Source: Dictyostelium discoideum (lineage: Eukaryota). From it: a DNA stretch of 64,000 bases. The position numbers and the translations under genes were made by a program. The DNA is taken from the NCBI GenBank assembly GCA_000004695.1, contig CM000151.3, forward strand, positions 4,000,001-4,064,000, written 5' to 3'. How positions within the stretch are numbered: position 1 is the first letter of the stretch; each line of letters opens with the position of its first letter. The notes beneath the pieces are model-generated. The model was not told the origin of the DNA. It saw nothing but the letters and a program-made list of their open reading frames with translations, and ran no database searches. This document shows positions 1 through 24,907 of this stretch, one piece after another.

Positions 1-1665
<1,665 letters not shown>

Positions 1666-1853
1666 ATGATTGATTTCGACCAACTAAAATAAAAAAATAA
1701 AAAATAAAAACAAAAATAAAAAAAAATAAATAAAAATGGTTATTATCCACAATACTTTTTATGTAAATAATCTTTCCTAGTGTTATAAATAATATAAAAT
1801 AAAGTTTTTGTTTTTTTTTTTTTTTTTTTTTTTTTTTAATGTGCAAATCTGAT

Positions 1854-3873
<2,020 letters not shown>

Positions 3874-4148
3874 TTTTAACAAAATAAAATGAATTTTTTT
3901 TTTTTTTTTTTTGTCATATGTAAAATTTTTATTTTTTTATTTTTTTTTAAAAGAGAAGCGAATTTATGGGATAATAATAAAATAACTTGGAAACTTTTTA
4001 TTGGTGATAAAATAATAATAATAAATATATAATTAAGATACTTTTTTTATTTATTTCTTAATTATATATTTATTATTATTATTTTATTATTTCCTTATTT
4101 TTTTTTTATTTTATATATTTTTATATTCTTTTTACATTTCTTTATTTA

Positions 4149-4189
<41 letters not shown>

Positions 4190-4220
4190 TTAATTATATA
4201 ATATAATATTATAAATTTGA

Positions 4221-6226
4221 TTATTTTTGAACTAAAATTGAAGTACCACCTTTAAATTTAGAATTTTTAAATTGTGGTATTTTATTAACTTCCCAATTGA
4301 TTTTATTTGAAAGGTTTTCATCCAAAATATTTGAAATATCTAATGTGTAGATATCATCTATTGATTCTTTTGTGACATTATTATATCCACCTAAAATGTG
4401 AACTATCCTTTTCGAAGAATCAAAAATTATAGAATTACCATTTATCATCATTGGTTTTGGTAATAAAAGATTTTGTAGACCACCACCACTATCACCATCA
4501 TCATCATCATCATCATCATGATTATTGGTTAAAACTGACCAACTATTATCTAAAAGATCATATCTTTGAATTATTGATAAACATTTATTCTCTTTTGAAT
4601 TGTAACCACCTAAAACGTAAATATAATGTTCTTGATCATCATAGAAAACACCAGCACCATAACAACTGACTGGTAATGGAGATAAGGTAGTAAAACTATC
4701 ATTATCAATATCATAACGTTCAAGTGTATCAACTGATTGTCTAGTTATATTACAACCACCAATTAAATAGATTGAATTATTATCTTCTTTATAAATTGCA
4801 CCCATACTCCAAAGATTTCTTGAAGATGTTGTAGATTTGGATTGCTGTTTTGAAAATTGTTCAGTGATAATATTAAATTTTAAAATTGATGTCGATCTTT
4901 GGGAATCCACCAATTAAATAAATATTTTGTTTACCATCAAATACTGAAACAATGTAAAAATCTACCATTATCTGGAATTTCAATATTACCATTGGCACCA
5001 TTAGCACCATTATTATTATTATTATTATTATTGTTTGTTTCAATAATCTCCCATTGGTCTTCTAATAAATTATATTTTAATATACGAGTTGGTTGTAATG
5101 AGCCACCAAATAGATAAATATGATTCTTTCCATCGAAATTACCAGTGAAATCATTATCCATTATTGATGGTATCGATTGTAATGATCTCCATAAACCTTG
5201 TTTAAAATCAAATTTTTCAATTGAATATTGGTCGAATCCATCCTTACATTTTCCACCAATTGAATAAATACATTTTGTATCTTCTAAATTTGAATTCAAT
5301 CTTTTATATTCCAAAGTTTCAATAATTTTAAATTTTAATTTTCCAAATATTTTTAATTTTTTATTTGATTTCATTTTTAAACTATCACCATTATTATTAT
5401 TCTCACAATTATCAAAATCATCTTTATTATCATTATTATTATTATTATTATTATCATAGTCATCTGTATCATCATTATTATTTGAAAATTCTTGAAATTT
5501 TTTATTTAAATCATCAAAACTTTTAAAACTACTATTTAATATTAAATCTGAAGCCATTGATGAAATTGGTTTTGGTTGTTTAATTATTTTTCTATTGGTT
5601 GTATTATTCTCTTGAAATTCATCTTTCCAATCCCATTCAATATATGATATTGATTCTTTTAAAACTTGTAAATAATCAGTTTGAAATGAAGTTGACTTTT
5701 TTAATGGTGATGTCATTGGATTGTTATTATTATTATTAGTGACCATTAATGATGATGTTGAATAATTTAAAGGTGATGAAGCGAAACCTGATGATGCTGA
5801 TAAATAATTTGATAAATTACCACTATAACTTGTACTATGTGATAATCCACCACCACCACCACCGCTAAATACTACTCCTCCACTACCACCGCCACCACTT
5901 GAATTAATATTAATATCAAATTTTGAAGGTGAATTCATTTTCTTATTTAATTGTTCAATTAACATCATTGATTTATCTCTATTTGATTCAATTTGTTGTT
6001 TATGTGCTTCTAATTCTTCACCTAATTGTTGAAGTAATTCAATCTTTCTATCTGTAAGATAATTTATAATTGTATCGAAATCTTGACAAATCTTTTTCTT
6101 TGTTTCTATAAATGATTCATCACATCTTTCCAAGGTTTGTTCGCTAATATCCTTGTAGATTGATAATTTTTCAATGGTATTTCTCCAATGATCATTTAAA
6201 TTTTTAAATTCTTCATTTTCTATCAT
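4221..6226 (-). CDS. Kelch-repeat (beta-propeller) protein with an N-terminal coiled-coil and Ser/Gly-rich region. Best model: complement(join(4221..4786, 4945..6226)) with a 158-nt intron 4787..4944. Alternatively it is frameshifted or a pseudogene.
   Basis: ATG at 6226. Kelch blades are marked by IYSIGGKC, HIYLFGGS, IYLIGGCN, IYVLGGYN and HILGGYN, with W/Y residues at the expected spacing. ORFs 4937..6226 and 4221..4913 lie in different frames. A GTATTT donor at 4944 and an …ataaag acceptor at 4787 restore a textbook blade, IPDNGRFLHCF|KDNNSIYLIGGCN, and give a total CDS of 1848 nt (divisible by 3). Confidence 0.55.
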
Positions 6227-7290
6227 TCTAAAAATAAATAAATAAATAAATAAAATTTATATATATATATATATATTTCTATTTCTAAAATTTTCGGTTT
6301 AAATATATAATATATATAATTATTAATTGTGTGTTTATTATTTTATTTTTATTATTATTAAAAAAATGTTTTTACAATATTTTATTTTATTTTATTTTAT
6401 TTGAATATTACAATTATTTATTAATCTATAGATTTTTTTTTTTTGTATTTTATAAATATAAAAAATAAGTTAGAGATTAAGCATGGAGGAAAAAAAAAAA
6501 AAAAAAAAAAAGTTGTAAAAAAGCAGTAATCGTGTTTGTCCCAACAATTTTAAAAAAAACAAAAAAACAATAAAAAAAAATCTTTTTTTTTTTTTTTTTG
6601 TTGTTGGGTTTTTTTATATTTTTTTATTTATTTATTTATTTTTTTTTTTTTGAGGATTTTTTAGTATTATTATTATTATTATTTTTTTAATAAATATTTT
6701 TTTAGTTTTCTTTTTTTTTATACTCACTTTTGTTTATTATTTTCTTTTAATTATCATGAATTATTGTTTAATTTTTATTTTATTTTTTATTTTTCTTTTA
6801 TTAAAATTTTTTTTTTTTTTTTATATAATTTTGTGGTTTTTATATTTTTCAAACTGTATTACATATTTTCACCACACAATGCTTATGTTGTATTAAAGTG
6901 TGTGGGGTGTATTTATGTATGATATACGTATGTGAGTGGTAATGAAATTTTTTTGTGGTTATATATAAATATTTCCCATTTAAACCCCATTTTTTAATTT
7001 TTATATATTTTTCTTAATTTAAAAAAAAAAATAATAAAAAAAAAAAAAAAAAAAAAAAAAAATCACCAATGGTGATATGATTATTCTAAAAAAAGCCACA
7101 AATATTTACATAAACACAAAAAATTATTTATTTTTTTTATTTTAAGAAAATCCATTTTTTTTTTTTTTTTTTTTTTTATAAATTAATACACGATTAGAAA
7201 TATTTAAATAGATTTCGATTACTATTAATTTTAATAATTATTAATTTAAATTTTTTAATTTTATTTTAAATATATATATTTAAAAATATT

Positions 7291-7719
7291 TTATTTTGAA
7301 ATTAAATTTAAAGATGATAAAGTTTTATGATAATTCTTTTCCAATTCTTTATAGAGTTCAAGTATTTCTTCTAATCTATCTTTTTCAATCTCTTCTTTAT
7401 TTTTTTCAGGTCCTGGAGGTGTTGTCAATTCTTTAGGCTTGATATCGACTTTAATATTTGTACCATTTTTTTTATTTTCAATATCTTGTAACTCTTGTAA
7501 TTCCTCTTGTTCAAGACGTAAATTCTCTTGATTCTCTTCAGCCACTTGTTGTTTAATCTTTTCAATTTGTTCTGAATCACCAATATTTTGTTTATAAAGT
7601 CTTTTTTTAATTGAAATTCTATATTCTTTATATTTTGTATCTGAATTTGGTGTTCCTAAAAATTTACTAAATAAATAAATTTCTAAACAAAGTTTTGATT
7701 GTTTCTACAAAAAATAAAA

Positions 7720-7754
<35 letters not shown>

Positions 7755-8027
7755 ATTAATAAATGATATTTGAAAAAATTATTTATAAAATAAACATACA
7801 TATGGAATTAATAATTTCTTTCTAATTTCTTCAAATACAGATTTATTATTTGCATTTAAATCTAATATTACATTATCAAATAATTTTTCATCCATTATAT
7901 TCTTTAAATCAACATAATTTCTTAATAAATTAAATTCATCAGCTGGATCTTCAATTGTAATATCATAAATTGGTCCATAAAATCCATCATTTGTTTTATA
8001 ATATTGATAAATTGAATTAAATAAATA

Positions 8028-8068
<41 letters not shown>

Positions 8069-9014
8069 TATGTGTATATTTTTTTAAAATTCGACGATGA
8101 TAGTAATTATTATTATTATTAATTACTTACTTCCATGACCCATTCTTTGATAAGGTGGTAAAATTAAATATTGACTAATTCTAGCTCTAGTTTGTTCAGG
8201 ATGATGATAAAAATTATAAATTGTTGAATAACCTGTGATACCATATCTTTTTTCACCATCTATAATTCTCTTTTCAAAAATGAAAAATATATCCCAATTT
8301 GGATCATCAGTCCAAATATAGGAGGAACCATCTATATACCATAATACAAATATTTGAAGTTTCTCATGATATCTAAAAACGACTTGATCTGTTATCCTAC
8401 CAAAATAAATTTCATACTCTGTTTCTTTACCACTTTCTTTATCTATAATTGAATATTCATGTATTTTTTTACCAATTGGTTTAAATAATTTTTCTTTTTC
8501 TTCTATATACTTTTTTTTAAAATTTTATTAGTATGTATATATTAAAAATAATTGTTGTATATTTATAGATAATTACTTTATAAAATGATTGTTTTGAAAT
8601 TGGTGGATCTTGTTTTGAAAAAACTTTTAAAAATTCACCTTCAACATTTGTTAAATTTTTAGATTGTAATGTATAATTTGTATCAATATATGATGTTAAA
8701 GAACCTGCTCCCATATAGATATCAATTTTACAAGGTTCATATCCTTGAATTTTATCTTCATTAAATATTTGATGAGAATATGTTGGATGAAATGATATTG
8801 GTCCACCATCATCTTCTTTCTCTTCCTCTTCTTTTTTTTCTTTTTGTTCTTCTTCTTCACCTTCATCTTTTATATGTGCTTTATTTTCTTTGTCTTTATT
8901 TTCTTTATTATCTTTATTCTTTAATTCTTCAATATCCCAAACTAATTTAATATTGGTTACTTCATTTGCATCAAATGTTAAAAGTGTATTACTTGATTTT
9001 ATTCTATTTGTCAT
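7291..9014 (-). CDS. Histone acetyltransferase type B catalytic subunit (HAT1), 4 exons: complement(join(7291..7704, 7800..8029, 8131..8509, 8577..9014)); 486 aa.
   Basis: ATG at 9014. From memory, it aligns with human HAT1 along its length: FHPTYSHQIFNEDKIQGYEPCKIDIYMGAGSLTSYIDTNY ~ FFPEYTHQLFGDDETAFGYKGLKILLYYIAGSLSTMFRVEY; QYLILPPYQRMGHGKYLFNSIYQYY ~ QMLILPPFQGQGHGAQLLETVHRYY; KQSKLCLEIYLFSKFLGTPNSDTKYKEYRISIKKRL ~ KQHARRVYEILRLLVTDMSDAEQYRSYRLDIKRRL. The introns have GTAATT/GTAAGT/GTATGT donors and AG acceptors, are 67, 101 and 95 nt long, carry poly-A/T tracts, and the exon sum is 1461 nt (487 codons). Confidence 0.85.
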
Positions 9015-9423
9015 TTTATTTGTTTAGGTTTAAAAATTTTAATACAATATATATATAAAAAAAAAAAAAAAAAAAACTAATTAAAAAAATAAAAATAAAA
9101 AAATAAATTAAAAAAAAAAAAATTAAAAAAGAGGCGCTAAAAAAAAAAAAAAAAAAAAATTTATATGTATGTTGGGGCAACATACTAATTAAAAATATTA
9201 TTTTCAATTTTTTTTTAAAAAAAAATAAAAATAAAAATAAATAATAAATAATTTATTATTTTCCAGGAAAATTGAAAAAAATAAAATAATATATTTTGAT
9301 AATAATAATAATAAATAAAAATATAAACATTATGTAATTGTTTTTTAAAATTAAATTTGTTTAGATTTTTTCAAAATCTGTGAAATTTATTTTATTTTTA
9401 TTTTATTTTATTTTTTTTTTTTA

Positions 9424-9771
9424 TTACATAAATAAATCATCTTTGGTTTTTTCAACAAGAAATGGTGAAAAATTATACTTTCTTGTTATATATGCCGACA
9501 AATGATTATGTCTCTTTAAATTATATACCACAGGGGTGGATGGGTCTATTACAACATGCTTTATTTTATATGTGTTTCCATTCATTGCTGATAATGTATT
9601 ATGTATCAATTCTTCACCCCCACATATTCTTTTTAGTGAATTTGATGAACATTTATATTTCATTCTTAATTTAATCAATTTTCTCTTAACATGTTCATAT
9701 CCTTCCCAATTTTCAATATACTTTTGTTGATTTATATTTGTTTTTGTCTTTTTAACGCTTGTATGTGGCAT
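9424..9771 (-). CDS. Single-exon small hypothetical protein (115 aa, basic, with C-x8-C and several His).
   Basis: Clean ATG at 9769-9771 with an in-frame stop 6 codons upstream, and a TAA stop. The composition is not low-complexity (MPHTSVKKTKTNINQQKYIENWEGYEHVKRKLIKLRMKYKCSSNSLKRICGGEELIHNT…). I could not recognise any family. Confidence 0.3.
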   Translation of the reverse strand: MPHTSVKKTKTNINQQKYIENWEGYEHVKRKLIKLRMKYKCSSNSLKRICGGEELIHNTLSAMNGNTYKIKHVVIDPSTPVVYNLKRHNHLSAYITRKYNFSPFLVEKTKDDLFM

Positions 9772-9999
9772 TGTGTTTTTAAATATTTATTTTAATAATT
9801 AAAAAAAAAAAAATTTATATTTTAAAAAAAGAGGGGAAAAAAAAAAAAAAAAATATGTAATATATTATATTTTTATATTTATTTTTTTCAATTATTTGAT
9901 TTAGTTATTTCAATAGTTTTTTTATTTTTATTTTTTTAATATAATGTAACAACATGTTTTTTATTATTTTATTTTATTTTAAAATAAATAAATAAGATT

Positions 10000-10052
<53 letters not shown>

Positions 10053-10058
10053 AATTCA

Positions 10059-11285
10059 TTAAAATAATTTTTTAATAAATTTTTTAGCATCTTTACCAAC
10101 TTGTTGAGCAGTACTTGGATTCTTTTTAACATAACCATTAATGATAGAATAACCTTGTGGTGGGTATTTATTATGATAGATACCTAATGGTTTATTTTTC
10201 TTTGCTTTATGATCATTTTTCTTTTGTTTATTTTTTAATTTTTCATTACCTTTCTTTGAGATTGATGGAATGGAAGCTCTCCATCTTTCATAGTCATATT
10301 TATAAGTTGGTGGTACTAATTCTCTACCGAAATTGATTGCAGTAATTGCAATGTTAATCTCACCATGTGGGACAAAACTTAATTGTTCAGTAGTGACAAC
10401 TTCAATACCACGTGGGAAAGTGGAGGGGTCCAAAGCGACGAACCCAATCAAATCGTCGGAACCCACTTTATCATGGTCGTAAACTTCAATGATGACTAAA
10501 TCATTGACGCAATTGCCTAGATCGATATTAAAAGTTTCATTCCAAATTGGGTTCAATGATTTACTAATATGTCTAGTTTTATAATCTTTGCCATTGGTAG
10601 CTGGTGTTTTAATCTTTACATAAGGATCTGAAGTTCCACCAACATCTGCTGCAATTAAATTACGAGCTGATAAAATTTTAATTTGGAATGTTGAGATTGG
10701 TGATGATGTAAATCTTGCACCTGGTGGTAAAGGAATACTTTTATTTGGACTAATTAGTGGTGCATGTTGTTGTTGTGGTAATGGTGGTGGTACTCCAAAT
10801 GCACTTGGTGGTGGTGGTCCAAATGCACTTGGTTGTGGTGGATATCCAACACCTTGTTGTGGTGGGTAAGCACCGTATTGACCTGGTTGTTGGTGGTGTG
10901 GTGGTGGTGCGCCATAATGGCCTGGTTGTTGTTGTTGTGGTGGGTAAGCACCATATTGACCTGGTTGTTGTGGTGGATAGGCACCATATTGACCTGGTTG
11001 TTGTGGGTATCTATTTAAAAAAAAAAAAAAAAATTAAAAATATGAGATTAATAAATTATTAAGGGTGGTAGGATGTAAAAATTTCATCATTAAGGTGTAG
11101 AAGAGTGATTTTAGGCGGCGCTGGTGGGTTTGTGGCCTCTATTTTTTTATTTTCTATGCGACTCCCCCTATTATTTCCATTAATTTTTTTCTTTTGTATT
11201 TTTTTTTTTTTTTTTTTTTTTCCAAAAATGTCTGGGAAAAAAAAAAAATTAAAAAGAAAATAAAAAATATTTACCCGTTACTCAT
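10059..11285 (-). CDS. C2-domain protein with an annexin-VII-like P/Q/Y/G-rich N-terminal region. Main exon 10059..11010; tentative 11-nt first exon 11275..11285 (ATGAGTAACGG) and a 264-nt intron.
   Basis: The frame is open from 11010 to the stop at 10059, verified codon by codon. It reads YPQQPGQYGAYPPQQPGQYGAYPPQQQQPGHYGAPPP…, then the C2 domain IKILSARNLIAADVGGTSDPYVKIKTPATNGKDYKTRHISKSLNPIWNETFNIDLGNCVNDLVIIEVYDHDKVGSDDLIGFVALDP. This region has no ATG, TTG or GTG, which is why the ORF track starts only at 10556. An acceptor …aaatag|A at 11011/11010 needs 2 nt from an upstream exon. ATGAGTAACGG followed by GTAAAT at 11274 gives M-S-N-G-YPQQPG…. Confidence 0.55.
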
Positions 11286-12480
11286 ATTATTTATTTATTT
11301 AATAATAAAAAAAAAAAAGTTGATTTCTATAAAATTTTTTGTTTGAAAATTAATATAAGAAAACAAAAAAAAAAAACTATTTATATTAATTTTTTGTTAG
11401 TGTGAAAAATAAAAAAAAAAAAAAGAAAAAATAAATAATTAAATAAAATAAAATAAAATAAAAAAAATTAAATCCCACATAAAAAAATGGTTTGATTGAT
11501 TTATTATAATGTTAGTGTAAATGCTCCTCAATTGACATTATTTGTCTGAAAGTATTAAATTATTATTTAAAAAATCATTTTTTTTTTTTTTGACATTTTA
11601 TTCGAAAATGTAAAAAAGTGATTAAAAAAAATAAAAAATAAAAAATGAAAATAAAAAAAAAAAAAAAAAATAAAAAATTAAAAACAAAAAAAAAAAAAAA
11701 AAAAACAAAAAAAAACTCTGGTAGGAAAGTCTAATTAAACATCAACACACAACAACAACACTCCGTTATGAACTAAGAATTAATTAAGATAATAGAAAAT
11801 ATCAAAAAAAAAAAAAAAAAAAAATTAAATAAAGTTCTTTTTTTTTTTTTTTTTTTTTTTCACTTAAAAACTATTTTTAATTAACCTTACCACAAGGTTA
11901 AATATTTTATTTTTGTTTTTTTTTTTTAAAACATTTAGAATTTATTATTAATTTTTTTTTTTCCAAAATAATATATATATATTTTTTTTTTTTCTTTTAC
12001 ACAAAGAAATACAAATGATAAATTTTCTTTATATATAAGTATTCAACTAAATAATTTATCCATTGTTTTTAGTTTATATATTATCATATCTTTTTTTAAA
12101 AAATAAATATTAAAAAATGAATTCATCATTAAATTATATATATTTTTTTGAATTGAATTGAATTATATTTATTTTTTAAAATTTTGGAAATAAAAAATAA
12201 TAATAACCTATGAGAACTAATAGAAAAAAAATTTCTAAGAATCTGGTTTATTTTTGATTATTTTTTTTTTTTTTTTTTTTTTTTGGGTATTTTATCCAAG
12301 AGCAATGACACACTATAAAAAATTTTAAAAAAAAAATATTTGAAATTATCCATATCCACCCAATTTATAACACTAAAAAATACTTAAGTATTTTTATTTA
12401 TATTATGATTTACTATAAAAATGTTTTTTGTTTTTTTATTTTTTTATTATTTAATTATATTTTTATTTTTTATTTATTTT

Positions 12481-22919
<10,439 letters not shown>

Positions 22920-23176
22920 TTTATTTTATATTACATATATATTTTTATTTATTTAATTTATTTTTATCAACACTCTTTTGTAAAATAAAAATAAAAAAAT
23001 AAAAAAAGATACACTTTTTTTTTTTTTTCTGTTTTTATTTGAGATGTAATTGTGTGTGACTTTTTGTGTATTTCAATCGATGTTGTTGAGGAAAAAAAAA
23101 AAAAAACCAAAAAAAAAAAAAAAAATTTTGGCCCACAGATTCAAAAAATATTTTTTACGTTGTCTTTGAATTTTTG

Positions 23177-23209
<33 letters not shown>

Positions 23210-23837
23210 AAAAAAAGAAAAAAAAATATAAAAATAAAAAAAAATTAAAAAAAAAAAAAAAAGTTAAATCCAAATTTGTAGTTGGAGATTGATATATATC
23301 GTTGAGAACCAAAAAAAAAAAAAAAAAAAAAAAAAAATCAAATAAGAAAAGAAAGTTAAGAAAAGAAATAGTCCAATTTAGTAAAAAAAAAAATTTTATT
23401 TAATTTTTTTTAAGAAACATAATTTAGTAAAAAAATAAAAAAATAAAAAAAAAAAAAAAAAAAATAAAAAAACTACATATTTTAATAAATAAACTCGGGC
23501 CACATATTATTTTCTGTTTTGATTGAATCTAAAAATTTTTTTCAAAAAATTGTGGGACCCAAGAAATAAGGAAAAAATAAAAAAAATGAAAAAAATAAAA
23601 AAAAATAAAAAAAATAAAAAAATAAAATTTTTTTTTTTTTACAAAAATAAATATCTCACAAAAATTAATCTAAATTTAGCGCCATTGAAAGAGCTTTTTT
23701 CTTTTTCTTTTTCTTTTTTTTTTTTTTTTCTTTCTCTCAAAGACACACCACGATTATATTTGAAAAAAAAAAAAGGTGTGAAAAAAAAAAAAATAAACTA
23801 AAAGTTTAAACATAAAAAAAGAAATACTATAAGAAAG

Positions 23838-23873
<36 letters not shown>

Positions 23874-24907
23874 GGATTGATTTAAAAAATAATTAAAAAA
23901 AATAAATTAATTAAATTCTTAAATCATTTTGGAAAAAAGCATAAATAAAAAAAAAAATAAAAAATATTTTTTTTTTTTTCCAAAAATTAGATTTTTATTT
24001 TTATTTTATTTTTTTTATACTTTTTTTTTTTTTTTTTTTTACTTTTTTTATTTTTTATTTTTTATTTTTTATTTTTTTATTTTTTTATTTTTTAATTTTT
24101 TTTTAATTTTTTTTTTAAAATAGGAGTAAAAAGATTTATGATCATCAAACACACATAGAGGCATGGTTTATAAAGAGATAAATACACCAAAACCATCAAA
24201 CACAATCACAGAAACAATACCTCGAACACATTTAAATTGTTATAAAAATTTGTTATAAATAATCTAATCAATAAAAGATTTTTTTTTTTTTTTATTTTTT
24301 TTTGTTAAGACGATTATAAAAATAGAATCAATTAATCACACATAAATAAATAATTCACCCCACTCCCCCCACCACCTTTCATTTTTTTTTTTTTTCAAAT
24401 AAAAAAATAATAAAACAAAAATAAAAAAACAACCCGGCCTCCCCCTCATTTTTTTATATGTATAAAAATAATAAAAATAATAAAATATTTTTAATAAAAA
24501 CACAATCACGTACATAAATAATAAAAATAATAAAAATAAATTAATAAATTAATTAATAAAATAACGGACTTTTGTTTTATCTATCTCTCTTTTTTTTTTT
24601 TTTTTTTTTTTTCATAATTTAAAATTATTTTCTAATTGTAAATTAAATTCAAATTCAAATATTATTTTCCCACTGTAAAAAAAAAAAAATAAATAAAAAT
24701 AAAAATAAAAATAAAAATAAAATAAAAATAAATCAATAATAAAAATAAAAACAATAATAAATTTAAAAATAAAAAAAATTAAGAATAACCAAAAAAAAAA
24801 AAAAAAAAAAAAAAAACATCCAATCAAAAAGTTTTATTTTTTATTTTTTATTTTTTTTTGTAAAATTGTAAAATTGTAAAAATAATAAAACAAATAATTA
24901 AATAAAA

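Noticed and set aside
4913-4937. Treating 4221..4913 and 4937..6226 as two separate Kelch genes.
   Set aside because: Neither half alone makes a complete propeller. The downstream ORF's start is a TTG, and blade periodicity continues across the junction.
9424-9771. Assigning the 115-aa ORF to a ribosomal or zinc-ribbon family.
   Set aside because: There are only two Cys, and I could not recall any family it matches. It is kept as a hypothetical protein.
11040-11110. ATGATGAAATTTTTACATCCTACCACCC… (minus strand) as the first exon of the C2 gene.
   Set aside because: It runs into a stop before any GT donor, and there is no splice donor between it and the acceptor at 11011.
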